Below are positions 8,833-17,662 of a stretch of 52,401 bases of DNA, piece after piece. Origin of the DNA: Candidatus Levyibacteriota bacterium. GTDB lineage: Bacteria; Patescibacteriota; Microgenomatia; Levybacterales; GWA1-39-11. The stretch is from contig JAUSNA010000016.1 of NCBI GenBank assembly GCA_030645455.1, positions 1 through 52,401 on the forward strand, in the 5' to 3' direction. Within the stretch, counting starts at the first letter, position 1. Every line of letters starts with the position of its first letter. The translations under genes were made by a program, and so were the position numbers. Below the pieces are notes generated by a model, which saw only the letters and a program-made list of their open reading frames with translations, did not search any database and was not told the origin of the DNA.

Positions 8833-9562
8833 ATTGAACCATTTGCTCCGCTTGGATAAGGTCTTCCCTTGTGTTTACACCTCTCCAATTACCTCCGGTT
8901 AATTTGTACGCGGCAATTTTTCCATTGTGTCCTGCAATAATATCAATGATATCGGTTATATAATATTCTCCTGTAACAAGGTTCTTTGCAATGTTTTTTA
9001 TATTTTCCTCCAGATATTTTTTATCAATAATATAGCAACCCAGATTTATTTCCGTTATTTTCCTCTGCTCTTCCGATGCGTTTTTTTCCTCAACAATTCC
9101 TACAACTTCATCTTTTTCATCTCTAATAATCCTTCCAAAACCCGACGGATTTTCCATTTGCATAGTAATAAACGTAATTTTTGCTTCTTTTTCGCGGTGG
9201 GTTTCATAAAGCTTTTGGAAAGTCTGGGGAGTATGGAGGAATGAGTCATCCCCGTATACTATGAGAACATCATGAGTGTTGATAGGAACGCATGATAAAG
9301 CAGACTGAACCGCGTGTCCTGTCCCGAGCTGCTCGGTTTGCTCAGCTATAATTATATCCTGAGCAAGCAATGGAATAACTGATTCTTTGGCAAATCCCAC
9401 AACAACCACGATATTTGAAATACCGGCTTGATTGAGAATTTTAATCGTTCTGACAAGCATTGGCTCACCACTAACTTCCAATGCCACCTTATTGGTGTCG
9501 GTCGATTGCATGCGGGAACCTCGACCCGCAGCCAAAATAATTGCTGTTAGATTTTCCATCAA
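8822..9562 (-). CDS. glmU: GlmU N-terminal domain only (GlcNAc-1-P uridylyltransferase)
   Basis: ILAAGRGSRM, EQLGTGHAV, GFGRIIR, IVEEKNA, EINLG, GEYYITD and GVNT. The ORF ends where the LbH domain would begin. Confidence 0.85.
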   Translation of the reverse strand: MMENLTAIILAAGRGSRMQSTDTNKVALEVSGEPMLVRTIKILNQAGISNIVVVVGFAKESVIPLLAQDIIIAEQTEQLGTGHAVQSALSCVPINTHDVLIVYGDDSFLHTPQTFQKLYETHREKEAKITFITMQMENPSGFGRIIRDEKDEVVGIVEEKNASEEQRKITEINLGCYIIDKKYLEENIKNIAKNLVTGEYYITDIIDIIAGHNGKIAAYKLTGGNWRGVNTREDLIQAEQMVQYEN

Positions 9563-10890
9563 TAATCTTCTTCCTCTTCAACTATGTCAGCTCCGATATC
9601 CCTTAAACGTTGAGCAAACTTTTCGTAGCCACGCTCGATATGCTCAATTCCATAAACAATACTCTGCCCATTTGCCAGAAGCGCTCCTATTACGACCGTT
9701 GCTCCAGCCCGAAGGTCACTAACTTTTAAAACTGCGTCGTGGAGTTTTTGGGGACCTGTTATTTTTATTGCCTGCCGATAAGATGTCTTTGGATTATAGT
9801 TAAAGTTATAAAAGGATTCGGGATTCTCAACCTGTGGATTAATATAATCAATCTTCGCTCCCATTTTTTTAAGCTCGGATACATATCCAAATCTATTTTC
9901 GTAAATCGTTTCGTGGATAACGGATTCACCTCGTGCTTGGGTCATAAGAATTGCCCATGGTCCTTGCCAATCCGTTTTAAACCCCGGCTCTGGGGCAGTA
10001 ACAATTGATGATGGATTTAGCCCATTTGATGCAAAAAATCTCACACAATCATCGGTTTTTTCGTACTCTACACCACTTTTGCCAAGCTCCTGCAGAAAAA
10101 TTTCTACATTATCAAGATTTACATTTGATAATGTAATATTCCCCCCTGAAAGAACGGATAGCACTGCAAAAGTAACAAGCTCATTGGCATCGGAAACTAT
10201 CTCATACGTGGTGCCGTGAAGCCTCTCTACCCCTTCAATTACAATTTTTCTACTCTCAACCCGTTGGATTTTTGCTCCCATGCTATTGAGTAGAGAGATA
10301 AGGTCATCAATCTCATGTTCTTCGGCTGCATTTTCAATTGTTGTTATGCCTTTTGCAAGTGTCGCTGCCATAATCATAGTTTCGGTACCCGTATGTGTGT
10401 TTTTTTCAAAACGGTAGTTAGTCCCGATCAATCCTTCCGTTGAAGCGTGAAAGTATCCATCTTCAGATCTATACTCAATTACGGCCCCCATCTTCTCCAA
10501 ACCCTCAATATGTCTCTCGATCGAACGTGCTCCGAGCCTGCAGCCCTCCGGATTTGGCACAATAGCCTTCTTTACTCTTAAAAGAAGGGGGGCCAAAAAC
10601 ATTGATGAGGTTCTTACCCGTGCACCTTCAGCAAGGGTTAGCTCATGATTCTTTACCTCCTTAACGGTTATTGTAACCTGTCCCTCTCCCCGCTCGACTG
10701 TCCCGCCAATTGATTCGATTATCTCAAGCAATGCTTGGTTATCAGTGATCTCAGGGACATTCTTAAGCGTAACCGGCTCATCCGTAAGACATGCTGCAAT
10801 AACGGCCTTAGTGACAACATTTTTAGAACCGGAAATTCGTATTGTCCCCGACAATGACTTACCACCTTTAATTAAGTATTTTCTGGTCAT
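9559..10890 (-). CDS. murA: UDP-GlcNAc enolpyruvyl transferase MurA
   Basis: ISGSKN, catalytic-loop GCRLGAR, ETIYENRF, DLRAGA and IERGYE motifs. Confidence 0.97.
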   Translation of the reverse strand: MTRKYLIKGGKSLSGTIRISGSKNVVTKAVIAACLTDEPVTLKNVPEITDNQALLEIIESIGGTVERGEGQVTITVKEVKNHELTLAEGARVRTSSMFLAPLLLRVKKAIVPNPEGCRLGARSIERHIEGLEKMGAVIEYRSEDGYFHASTEGLIGTNYRFEKNTHTGTETMIMAATLAKGITTIENAAEEHEIDDLISLLNSMGAKIQRVESRKIVIEGVERLHGTTYEIVSDANELVTFAVLSVLSGGNITLSNVNLDNVEIFLQELGKSGVEYEKTDDCVRFFASNGLNPSSIVTAPEPGFKTDWQGPWAILMTQARGESVIHETIYENRFGYVSELKKMGAKIDYINPQVENPESFYNFNYNPKTSYRQAIKITGPQKLHDAVLKVSDLRAGATVVIGALLANGQSIVYGIEHIERGYEKFAQRLRDIGADIVEEEEDY

Positions 10891-12359
10891 TTTTTTAAAT
10901 TGTAGGCTATTTTATACACATCCCCAGCACCCATTGTGACAATTATATAGTCATCTGAGGTGAAGTTTTGCCCTACGTATTCTACCACATCGGAAAACTT
11001 TTCAAAAAATTCTGTATCTACTTTTTCCCTATGAGCATTAACATATTCTTCAACTGAGAGGTTATCTTTTTCGGTATCACGTGCTGATTTGAAGACGGGA
11101 AGAAGTAGGAGCTTATGTACTTTCCGAAAAGCGTTTCCAAACTCGGGAAGTAGAGCTTTTGTTCGTGAATAGGTATGGGGTTGAAAAATACAAACAAGTT
11201 TTTTTTCAGGATATGCCTGCTGGATGGATTCTACGGTCGTTTCAATCTCTAATGGATGATGTCCATAGTCATCAATAACGAGCGCTCCTCCTGAAGTTTT
11301 CCCTACAATTTCTGTCCTTCTTTTTGTCCCCCTAAATTCACGCAAACATATTCTTATTTTCTCCGATTCAAATCCTAATTCGGTAAGAAGTACGATAACC
11401 GATAAGGCATTTTTTGCATTGTGAGCACCCGGGATCGAAAGCTCAAAATGCCCCAGTTCTTTTCCTTTTCTTAGTACATTAAATCTTGATGACAAACCAT
11501 GTGAAACTATCTGAGAAATTGTATAGTCGTTATGCGGTTTCTCACCATATGTAATTACCGATATGTCTTTTCCAATTTGATCTTTGAATTTTGAAAGATA
11601 TTGATCGTCACCATTTACTAAAAGTTTGCCACCGCTTTTTATATTGTGTGCTAATTCTTCAAAAGCACTTACAATTTGGTCTATATTCTCGAAAAGATCC
11701 GGATGGTCAAAATCAATATTATTAAATATTGCGTATGTTGGTTGCTGATAAAGAAATTTTGGGATCCGGTCGTGCGTAGGTTCCGAAGCGTATTCATCGG
11801 ATTCCACAACAAAAAATTCCCCATTCCCTAGATGTCCCGGGGCACCCAAAGGAAAAACTTCGCCTGTACCAACGCTGTAAGAGGGATCAAGACCCATGGC
11901 TTTGAGTGTGGTTGCGAGAAGAGAAGAAATAGTTGTCTTTCCATGTGATCCAGCTACTGCTATTGACTTAAATGATTTTCCAATAATTTCACCTTCCATA
12001 AAGATAGCCAGTGCCTGTCCCTGAGATAGATACGCTATCCCATTTTCCTTTGCCCATTTTACTTGAGGGTTATCAAAACCTTTATGTGCACCTGTTTTCA
12101 CAACGAGACACTTATTCTTATCTGTTTATCCGAAAAAATCCGATATAATAACCTCACTAAATCCGGTATTAATCTTTATGTTATTTTTAAGAAGATAATG
12201 GTCCGTTATAAATTCTTCACCAATATCTGAACCCTCAATTTCAAAGCCGCATCCCTTGGCTATAAGAGCTAATGGAGCAACACCCACTCCTTTAATTCCG
12301 ACAAAAAATATTTTCTGAATATTTTGAAAAGTAGGCAATATTTTTAAATCGTATTTCAT
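10887..12359 (-). pseudogene. murC: UDP-MurNAc-L-alanine ligase MurC interrupted by one in-frame TAA at 12126-12128 (or a sequencing error)
   Basis: The 77-aa ORF (FVGIKGVGVAPLA) and the 404-aa ORF (GSHGKTT, ESDEY, DFDHPD, DDYGHHP, FQPHTYSRT, MGAGD) are in the same frame: …DFFG*TDKNKCLVVKTGAH…. Confidence 0.85.
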
Positions 12360-13579
12360 GTATTGTTACGGAAATAATTTTTGACGGTTGCCTGGTCGCT
12401 CCACTCCTCTTCCCCGTGCCCGTAGTTGATCGACCTCTCATGACCTTTACCGGTAATTACTATGGTATCATGCTTGCTAGCCATCGAAAGAGCCTTCTCA
12501 ATTGCCTCTTTTCTATCCGGTATTTCATAAAGTGCCTTGGTATTTTCGTCCTCATCTCTAGTGCGCTTGGTAAACCCCTGTATCCCTTCTTTTATATCGC
12601 TGTTAATTTTTTCTATTTTTTCCGAGCGCGGATCTTCAGAGGTCAGAATAATGATATCGTCATAAAAAGAAGCCGCCTTTCCCATATCCGGCCTTTTTGC
12701 ATGGTCCCTTTCCCCAGCTGCTCCAAAAACATGGATAAGCCTACCGGTCGTTCTTTTTCGCAACTCAGGGAGTATTTGATCAAAGGAATTTGCCGTGTGC
12801 GCAAAATCAACCATGACCATAAAATCTTTATTGTGTACTATTTCCTGTCTTCCAACCGGGACCTCGTATGTCCTGATTGCCCGATCTATTGAGGAAGGAT
12901 CGATACCTAATGCTTTTGCTACGGCAGTCGCCGCCAAAATATTCTCCAAATTAAAATCCCCAATAAGCTTTGTTTTTATAGAAAAAGGTGTATTTAGCAA
13001 TGTAAGATCATTTGTATTGTTGCCGTGAAGAGAGTAACTTATTAATTTGTCGCTTGGAACTTTTTGAATAACCTGCGGGAACCACTCTCCATTGCTGTTA
13101 ATAACGCTGATTTTAGAATGTTTGAATAGACGTAACTTCGTATCCACGTACTTTTGGTAATTTTTGTGATAATCTAAATGCTCGTGGGTAATATTTGTTA
13201 GCACACCAACCGTAAATTCAATTCCCCAAACTCTATTTTGATCAAGAGCGTGTGAGGTTACTTCAAGAACTGCATGCGTGCACCCTTTCTTGCGGGCTAT
13301 ATTTAGATATTTTTGAATTGCAAAAGGAGAAGGTGTTGTTACATGAAATCCCGTATCGTAATTCACACCGTCAATAACAGCTCCAATTGTTGAAATAACT
13401 GCCGCCTTTTTCCCGGAATTTTTAAGGATATGATAGATAAGGTTTGCCGTTGTGGTTTTACCATCGGTTCCTGTCACACCAATGATTGTAAGTTTTCTTC
13501 CCGGGAAAAAATAAATAGTCGAGGCAATCCCTGCAAGAAAAAGATGTGCATAATTTTTTGCCTTCCTTAAAAATGACAT
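12356..13579 (-). CDS. murE: UDP-MurNAc-tripeptide synthetase MurE
   Basis: GVTGTDGKTT, EVTSHALDQ, HEHLDYH, DFAHT, EDPR and GKGHE motifs. Confidence 0.92.
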   Translation of the reverse strand: MSFLRKAKNYAHLFLAGIASTIYFFPGRKLTIIGVTGTDGKTTTANLIYHILKNSGKKAAVISTIGAVIDGVNYDTGFHVTTPSPFAIQKYLNIARKKGCTHAVLEVTSHALDQNRVWGIEFTVGVLTNITHEHLDYHKNYQKYVDTKLRLFKHSKISVINSNGEWFPQVIQKVPSDKLISYSLHGNNTNDLTLLNTPFSIKTKLIGDFNLENILAATAVAKALGIDPSSIDRAIRTYEVPVGRQEIVHNKDFMVMVDFAHTANSFDQILPELRKRTTGRLIHVFGAAGERDHAKRPDMGKAASFYDDIIILTSEDPRSEKIEKINSDIKEGIQGFTKRTRDEDENTKALYEIPDRKEAIEKALSMASKHDTIVITGKGHERSINYGHGEEEWSDQATVKNYFRNNT

Positions 13580-13604
13580 AATTAATTATACCGTTTTTGG
13601 GGCG

Positions 13605-15290
13605 CTAACGTGACGGTTCAATATTGTAATACTGTATGAGATCACGCGCTATTGAAAAAAATATGGGAGCGGCAGTTTCAGATCCATAAATTGAAGTACG
13701 AGGCTTATTAATAACCACTAGCATAGTAACCTTAGGATCCTCGGCAGGAAAAAATCCGACAAAAGACGCATTAGTATTTGTGGGATCATAATGTCCCTCA
13801 ACAGCGATTTGTGCAGTACCTGTTTTGCCGGCGACACTATAATTTGGGATTGCCGTAAATTTTGCTTCTCCCTTTTCAACGGCATTCACCATCATCCAGG
13901 TCATAACTTTAGAGGTCGCATAGCTTATCGGTTGCCCGACAACCTTTGGCTCAATCGTTATTATTTTGTCATCGGGTGTGATAATTTTTTCAACTACTGT
14001 CGGTTTCATAAGCTTTCCTCCATTTGCTATTGCATTAACAGCTGTCACAAGCTGTATTGGAGTAACGGAAATACCTTGACCAAAGCTTGCGGTTGCAAGG
14101 TCAATTTCTAGCCATTTTTTTGGCAGCCTTAATTCCTCCATCACTTCACCTTGAATGTCTATCCCCGTGAGACTTCCTACCCCAAATTTCTTCAAGTAGA
14201 TCAAAAACCTTTCAATCCCCATTTTTCTTGCAATATATACCATGCCTGTATTATCCGAATGCTGGATAACCTCAGTCATAGTATTGTTGGGGTAATATTT
14301 TCCATCCCATGTTTTAATTTCGTACCCGGCAAGTTCAACCGGCCCATCGCAGTCGGGACACCTGGTCTCGGGTGTAACCAGTCCGCTATCAATTGCAGCA
14401 GCCATAACCAGGACCTTAAATGTAGAACCCGGTTCAAAAAGATGTGACACGATTGGACTCGTATAGTACTTTCCATCGTATTCCCAGTATTTGGCCGGGT
14501 CGAATTTAGGGTATGAGGATGTTGCCAAGATCCTTCCCGTTTTTGTCTCCATTGCAATAACAGTCCCGCCGTCTGCACCATACCGCTCAACTCCTTTTTT
14601 CAACTCAACGTCAGCTAAATATTGAACGGCTCGGTCGATACTGGTAACAATAGTTCTGCCATCAATCTTTTTATCTTCGCGTACGTCAGTCAGAATCGGA
14701 TTCCCCAAAGCATCCTTTATAAGGTATGTGCTACCCGGCCTGCCTCTCAATTGCCTGTCGTAAAACCCTTCAAGTCCGAAATATCCTTGATCTTGTCCCT
14801 CCTGATTTTTCCCCACAAAACCGATAAGATGAGCTGCCATCGATGCTTCAGGATAATAGCGCTCTGTTTCCTGCTCAAATCCCAAAGCGGACAACTTCAA
14901 GTTATCAATTTTTACCTTGGTATCATACGGTAGTCGGCTTCTGAGGCTTACCCAAAAAAGATCCTGTTCAAGTCTTGCTGAAATAGAAGCAGGATCTGCC
15001 CCCAGCATAGGGGCGAGTAACTGTGCGTAATTTGTTACCGAATCAACTTTCTTAGGATTTGCATATAAAAGATAACTAATTCTATTGGTGGAAATTGGGA
15101 AATTGTCTTTAAAAAGAACGTCTCCACGTTTTGCGTTGCTCGCAAGAGTCAGAGTACTTTGGGATCTTCCGGCAAGACGCAAAGTGTCAGACATTATTAT
15201 CTGCCAATAAAAAAGACGGATAATAACCGCAACAAAAAAAATTGCAAAAAATATTGATATTGTTAGGAGACGACCTTGGTCTCTTCTCAT
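13605..15290 (-). CDS. ftsI: Class B penicillin-binding protein (FtsI/PBP3)
   Basis: N-terminal TM; RYYP, EPGSTFK (SxxK), SDN (SxN) and KTGTAQ motifs. Confidence 0.93.
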   Translation of the reverse strand: MRRDQGRLLTISIFFAIFFVAVIIRLFYWQIIMSDTLRLAGRSQSTLTLASNAKRGDVLFKDNFPISTNRISYLLYANPKKVDSVTNYAQLLAPMLGADPASISARLEQDLFWVSLRSRLPYDTKVKIDNLKLSALGFEQETERYYPEASMAAHLIGFVGKNQEGQDQGYFGLEGFYDRQLRGRPGSTYLIKDALGNPILTDVREDKKIDGRTIVTSIDRAVQYLADVELKKGVERYGADGGTVIAMETKTGRILATSSYPKFDPAKYWEYDGKYYTSPIVSHLFEPGSTFKVLVMAAAIDSGLVTPETRCPDCDGPVELAGYEIKTWDGKYYPNNTMTEVIQHSDNTGMVYIARKMGIERFLIYLKKFGVGSLTGIDIQGEVMEELRLPKKWLEIDLATASFGQGISVTPIQLVTAVNAIANGGKLMKPTVVEKIITPDDKIITIEPKVVGQPISYATSKVMTWMMVNAVEKGEAKFTAIPNYSVAGKTGTAQIAVEGHYDPTNTNASFVGFFPAEDPKVTMLVVINKPRTSIYGSETAAPIFFSIARDLIQYYNIEPSR

Positions 15291-15571
15291 CTCGAATACG
15301 TTAGATTTGTCTGACGGAGTGAAATATAGCTATGATTTCCAATAAAACCCAGTTGAGCAGCTTTTGAGGCAACTGTTTCAAAAGAAGTTTGAGCCAGTAC
15401 TTTTGAATTTAATATTTGGTTTTCTTCATCTAATTTCGCGATATTGGTCTGCAATTGTCTTACTACCGTACTGTTTGAGGCCAATATACCGGAAAGGTGG
15501 ATGTTAAGAAGCTCAAGACCAACAGTTAAAAGCAATAGTAAAATAACTGGCAGATATAATTTTTTATGCAT
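15287..15571 (-). CDS. ftsL: FtsL-like cell division protein
   Basis: 94 aa with one TM and a coiled coil ending AAQLGF. Lies between rsmH and ftsI. Confidence 0.7.
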   Translation of the reverse strand: MHKKLYLPVILLLLLTVGLELLNIHLSGILASNSTVVRQLQTNIAKLDEENQILNSKVLAQTSFETVASKAAQLGFIGNHSYISLRQTNLTYSR

Positions 15572-15574
15572 AAA

Positions 15575-16459
15575 CTAATTTCCTTTCTCAAAAACTCTCA
15601 TCTTCGCACTCCGGCTACGCTTGTTTTTAGATAATTCTTCATTAGTAGCTGTAAGTGGTTTTTTTGTAATAACGGTGCCCTTCCCTTCTTTTTTTAATTT
15701 TTCAAATGCTTGCTTAACGATTCTGTCCTCAAGAGAATGAAAACTTATAACAAGAATTCTTCCTTGGGGGGCCAGGAGTTGTACTCCTTTTTCAAGTACA
15801 TTTCTTAACACCTCAAGTTCATTATTTACTTCAATTCTGATCGCCTGAAAAACCCGGGTTGCCGGGTGTATTTCTTCACTTCTGTGAGGTAGCCGCTCAA
15901 TCAATCCCGCCAATTCCTTAGTTGTTGTAATTTCCTTCTTTTTTCGTAAACGCACAATCTCATCGGCAATTTGCCTCGCATTGTGCTCCTCGCCAAAAAA
16001 GTAAAAAATATCTGTCAACTTTTGCAAGGAATACGTATTGACCACGTCTAACGCACTCAACTCTTTTTCCTTATCCATCCTCATATCAAGCTTTTCATCG
16101 TGCCTGATACTAAATCCCCTTCCCGAACTATCCAACTGATAGCTTGATACACCAAGGTCCAACAATATTCCGTCAACTGCGTCAAACCCATTTTCCGCTG
16201 CTATTTCCTCAATATCTTTGAAGTTACCTTTAATAATTTTTAATGCCTTATTCTTAATGTTTAATACTTGAGTTTGTTTCACAAACTCTAGGGCATCCTC
16301 ATCTTGATCAATTCCCAAAACCAGACCTCCGGCATCAATTATCCGCTTGGTATGTCCTCCCCCACCAATAGTTGCATCAATATATTTTTTACCGGGTTTA
16401 ATGTTGAGGTATGCTATAACCTCTTCTAGTAAAACCGGGGTGTGATTGAAATTAGTCAT
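15575..16459 (-). CDS. rsmH: 16S rRNA C1402 methyltransferase RsmH
   Basis: HTPVLL, DATIGGGGH, DLGVSSYQL, LDMRM, FQAIRIEVN, SFHSLEDRIVK and RSAKMR motifs. Confidence 0.98.
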   Translation of the reverse strand: MTNFNHTPVLLEEVIAYLNIKPGKKYIDATIGGGGHTKRIIDAGGLVLGIDQDEDALEFVKQTQVLNIKNKALKIIKGNFKDIEEIAAENGFDAVDGILLDLGVSSYQLDSSGRGFSIRHDEKLDMRMDKEKELSALDVVNTYSLQKLTDIFYFFGEEHNARQIADEIVRLRKKKEITTTKELAGLIERLPHRSEEIHPATRVFQAIRIEVNNELEVLRNVLEKGVQLLAPQGRILVISFHSLEDRIVKQAFEKLKKEGKGTVITKKPLTATNEELSKNKRSRSAKMRVFEKGN

Positions 16460-16898
16460 TTTTTTCCTTTAATATTTTGAACAGTGATATTGCCTTCTGC
16501 TTAATTTGTAACTGATTCATAATTCTGTGGTTTTCAAAAAGCTTCTCATCCCAAAGCTGTATATACCACATACCTCCAACAAATACGGCATTTTTTTTAA
16601 TCTTGGCGTATTCTTTAAGATATTTTGGAAGTATAAATCTCCCTTCTTGGTCCAACTCGACTTCAAATGTCCCTCCAAATATAAAACGATCCAAATCCCT
16701 CACCTCAGGAAGTAGAAAAGAAGCCTTATCAAATACTTCCTTTATTACAATGTCCCACTTTGCTTTCGGCAATACCAACAACGAATTCTCAAACCAATTG
16801 GTGACAAATAGTAAATCTCCTGTTTGTTTTCTCAACTTTGCAGGAAATGCTATCCTATTTTTTGCTCTTACCTGAACTTTATGTACTCCAAGAAACAT
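16452..16898 (-). CDS. mraZ: Transcriptional regulator MraZ
   Basis: MFLG start, two AbrB-like halves (KNRIAFP…, LDQEGRFILP), IQLWD. First gene of the dcw cluster; the ORF track starts it at 16928. Confidence 0.9.
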   Translation of the reverse strand: MFLGVHKVQVRAKNRIAFPAKLRKQTGDLLFVTNWFENSLLVLPKAKWDIVIKEVFDKASFLLPEVRDLDRFIFGGTFEVELDQEGRFILPKYLKEYAKIKKNAVFVGGMWYIQLWDEKLFENHRIMNQLQIKQKAISLFKILKEKND

Positions 16899-16952
16899 GA
16901 AGCTATTATAATCCGCATCACGCTTCATTACTATATATTAAAATATCATTTC

Positions 16953-16970
16953 CGCCACTTATCGCCACTT
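16953..16970 (-). promoter_or_regulatory. Putative MraZ-binding direct repeats
   Basis: Minus strand reads AAGTGGCG-AT-AAGTGGCG: two GTGG-containing units at 10-nt spacing, just downstream of the promoter, like known MraZ GTGG repeats. Confidence 0.6.
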
Positions 16971-16986
16971 TTTAAGGTACTTACTA

Positions 16987-17015
16987 GTTATAGTAGACTT
17001 TTCACGGAAAGTCAA
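16987..17015 (-). promoter_or_regulatory. dcw/mraZ promoter
   Basis: TTGACT (17015-17010), 17-nt spacer, TATAAC (16992-16987). Confidence 0.65.
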
Positions 17016-17077
17016 GAGTATGAGTGTTCGCTTAGAATAATAATTTGAGGCTAAAATGTGAGAATTAAATAAGAATT

Positions 17078-17120
17078 AAGAAGAAAAATAAAAAAAATAA
17101 ATGCGCATGAAAAGTGGCGC
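17078..17120 (-). terminator. Possible weak intrinsic terminator after 17127-17612
   Basis: Imperfect GCGC…GCGC hairpin followed by a long T-rich tract on the minus strand. Confidence 0.35.
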
Positions 17121-17126
17121 TAACGC

Positions 17127-17612
17127 TTACTCCAGGACAAGTTCGTCTTTTACAATTCCCGTTTGTCCGTCTTTGAGGTTGAGACGTATAACAAATGATA
17201 CTTTGGCAACTCCCGTATCGTATTTACACTTACCTGAGCTGCAAGTGCCAATGGTTATTTCTTTTCTAATGGTTGTTTCACCAACTTCCACGTCACCTGA
17301 ACCAATAGCACCCCTTGGCACCATCTCGCCATCAATCTCTGCATCATAATTCATTTCATACTCAAATGAATTGAATTTGCTGACATCAGTAATTTCCATG
17401 GTAACCTCCGTATTATTACTGTTAGCAGTAAGCTTCAAACCGATATCTTCAGGACTCATCTGAATAGCTTGCTCCTCAACGGTTTCTTCAGGTCCCTCAA
17501 CAACTGATGCTTTCTTGGAATTTTGTACGAATATAAAAATGGCAATACCAACCACAATAACAACTGCCCCAATACCAAGAAGTGCAATTTTATTTTGTAA
17601 TATTCCTTTCAT
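17127..17612 (-). CDS. Membrane-anchored hypothetical protein with a CSSGKC loop
   Basis: N-terminal TM and a beta-rich extracellular domain containing GTCSSGKCKYD. Confidence 0.8.
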   Translation of the reverse strand: MKGILQNKIALLGIGAVVIVVGIAIFIFVQNSKKASVVEGPEETVEEQAIQMSPEDIGLKLTANSNNTEVTMEITDVSKFNSFEYEMNYDAEIDGEMVPRGAIGSGDVEVGETTIRKEITIGTCSSGKCKYDTGVAKVSFVIRLNLKDGQTGIVKDELVLE

Positions 17613-17619
17613 GATTTAT

Positions 17620-17649
17620 ATTCTAACAATATAAAAAAACAATAGTCAA
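17620..17649 (-). promoter_or_regulatory. Promoter for the 161-aa gene (leaderless geometry)
   Basis: TTGACT, 18-nt spacer, TAGAAT, then 7 nt to the ATG. Confidence 0.55.
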
Positions 17650-17662
17650 GGCGATAAGGTCA

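Noticed and set aside
17016-17126. Possible ncRNA in the longest intergenic region
   Set aside because: Low-complexity A-rich sequence with only a weak hairpin and no recognisable RNA family.
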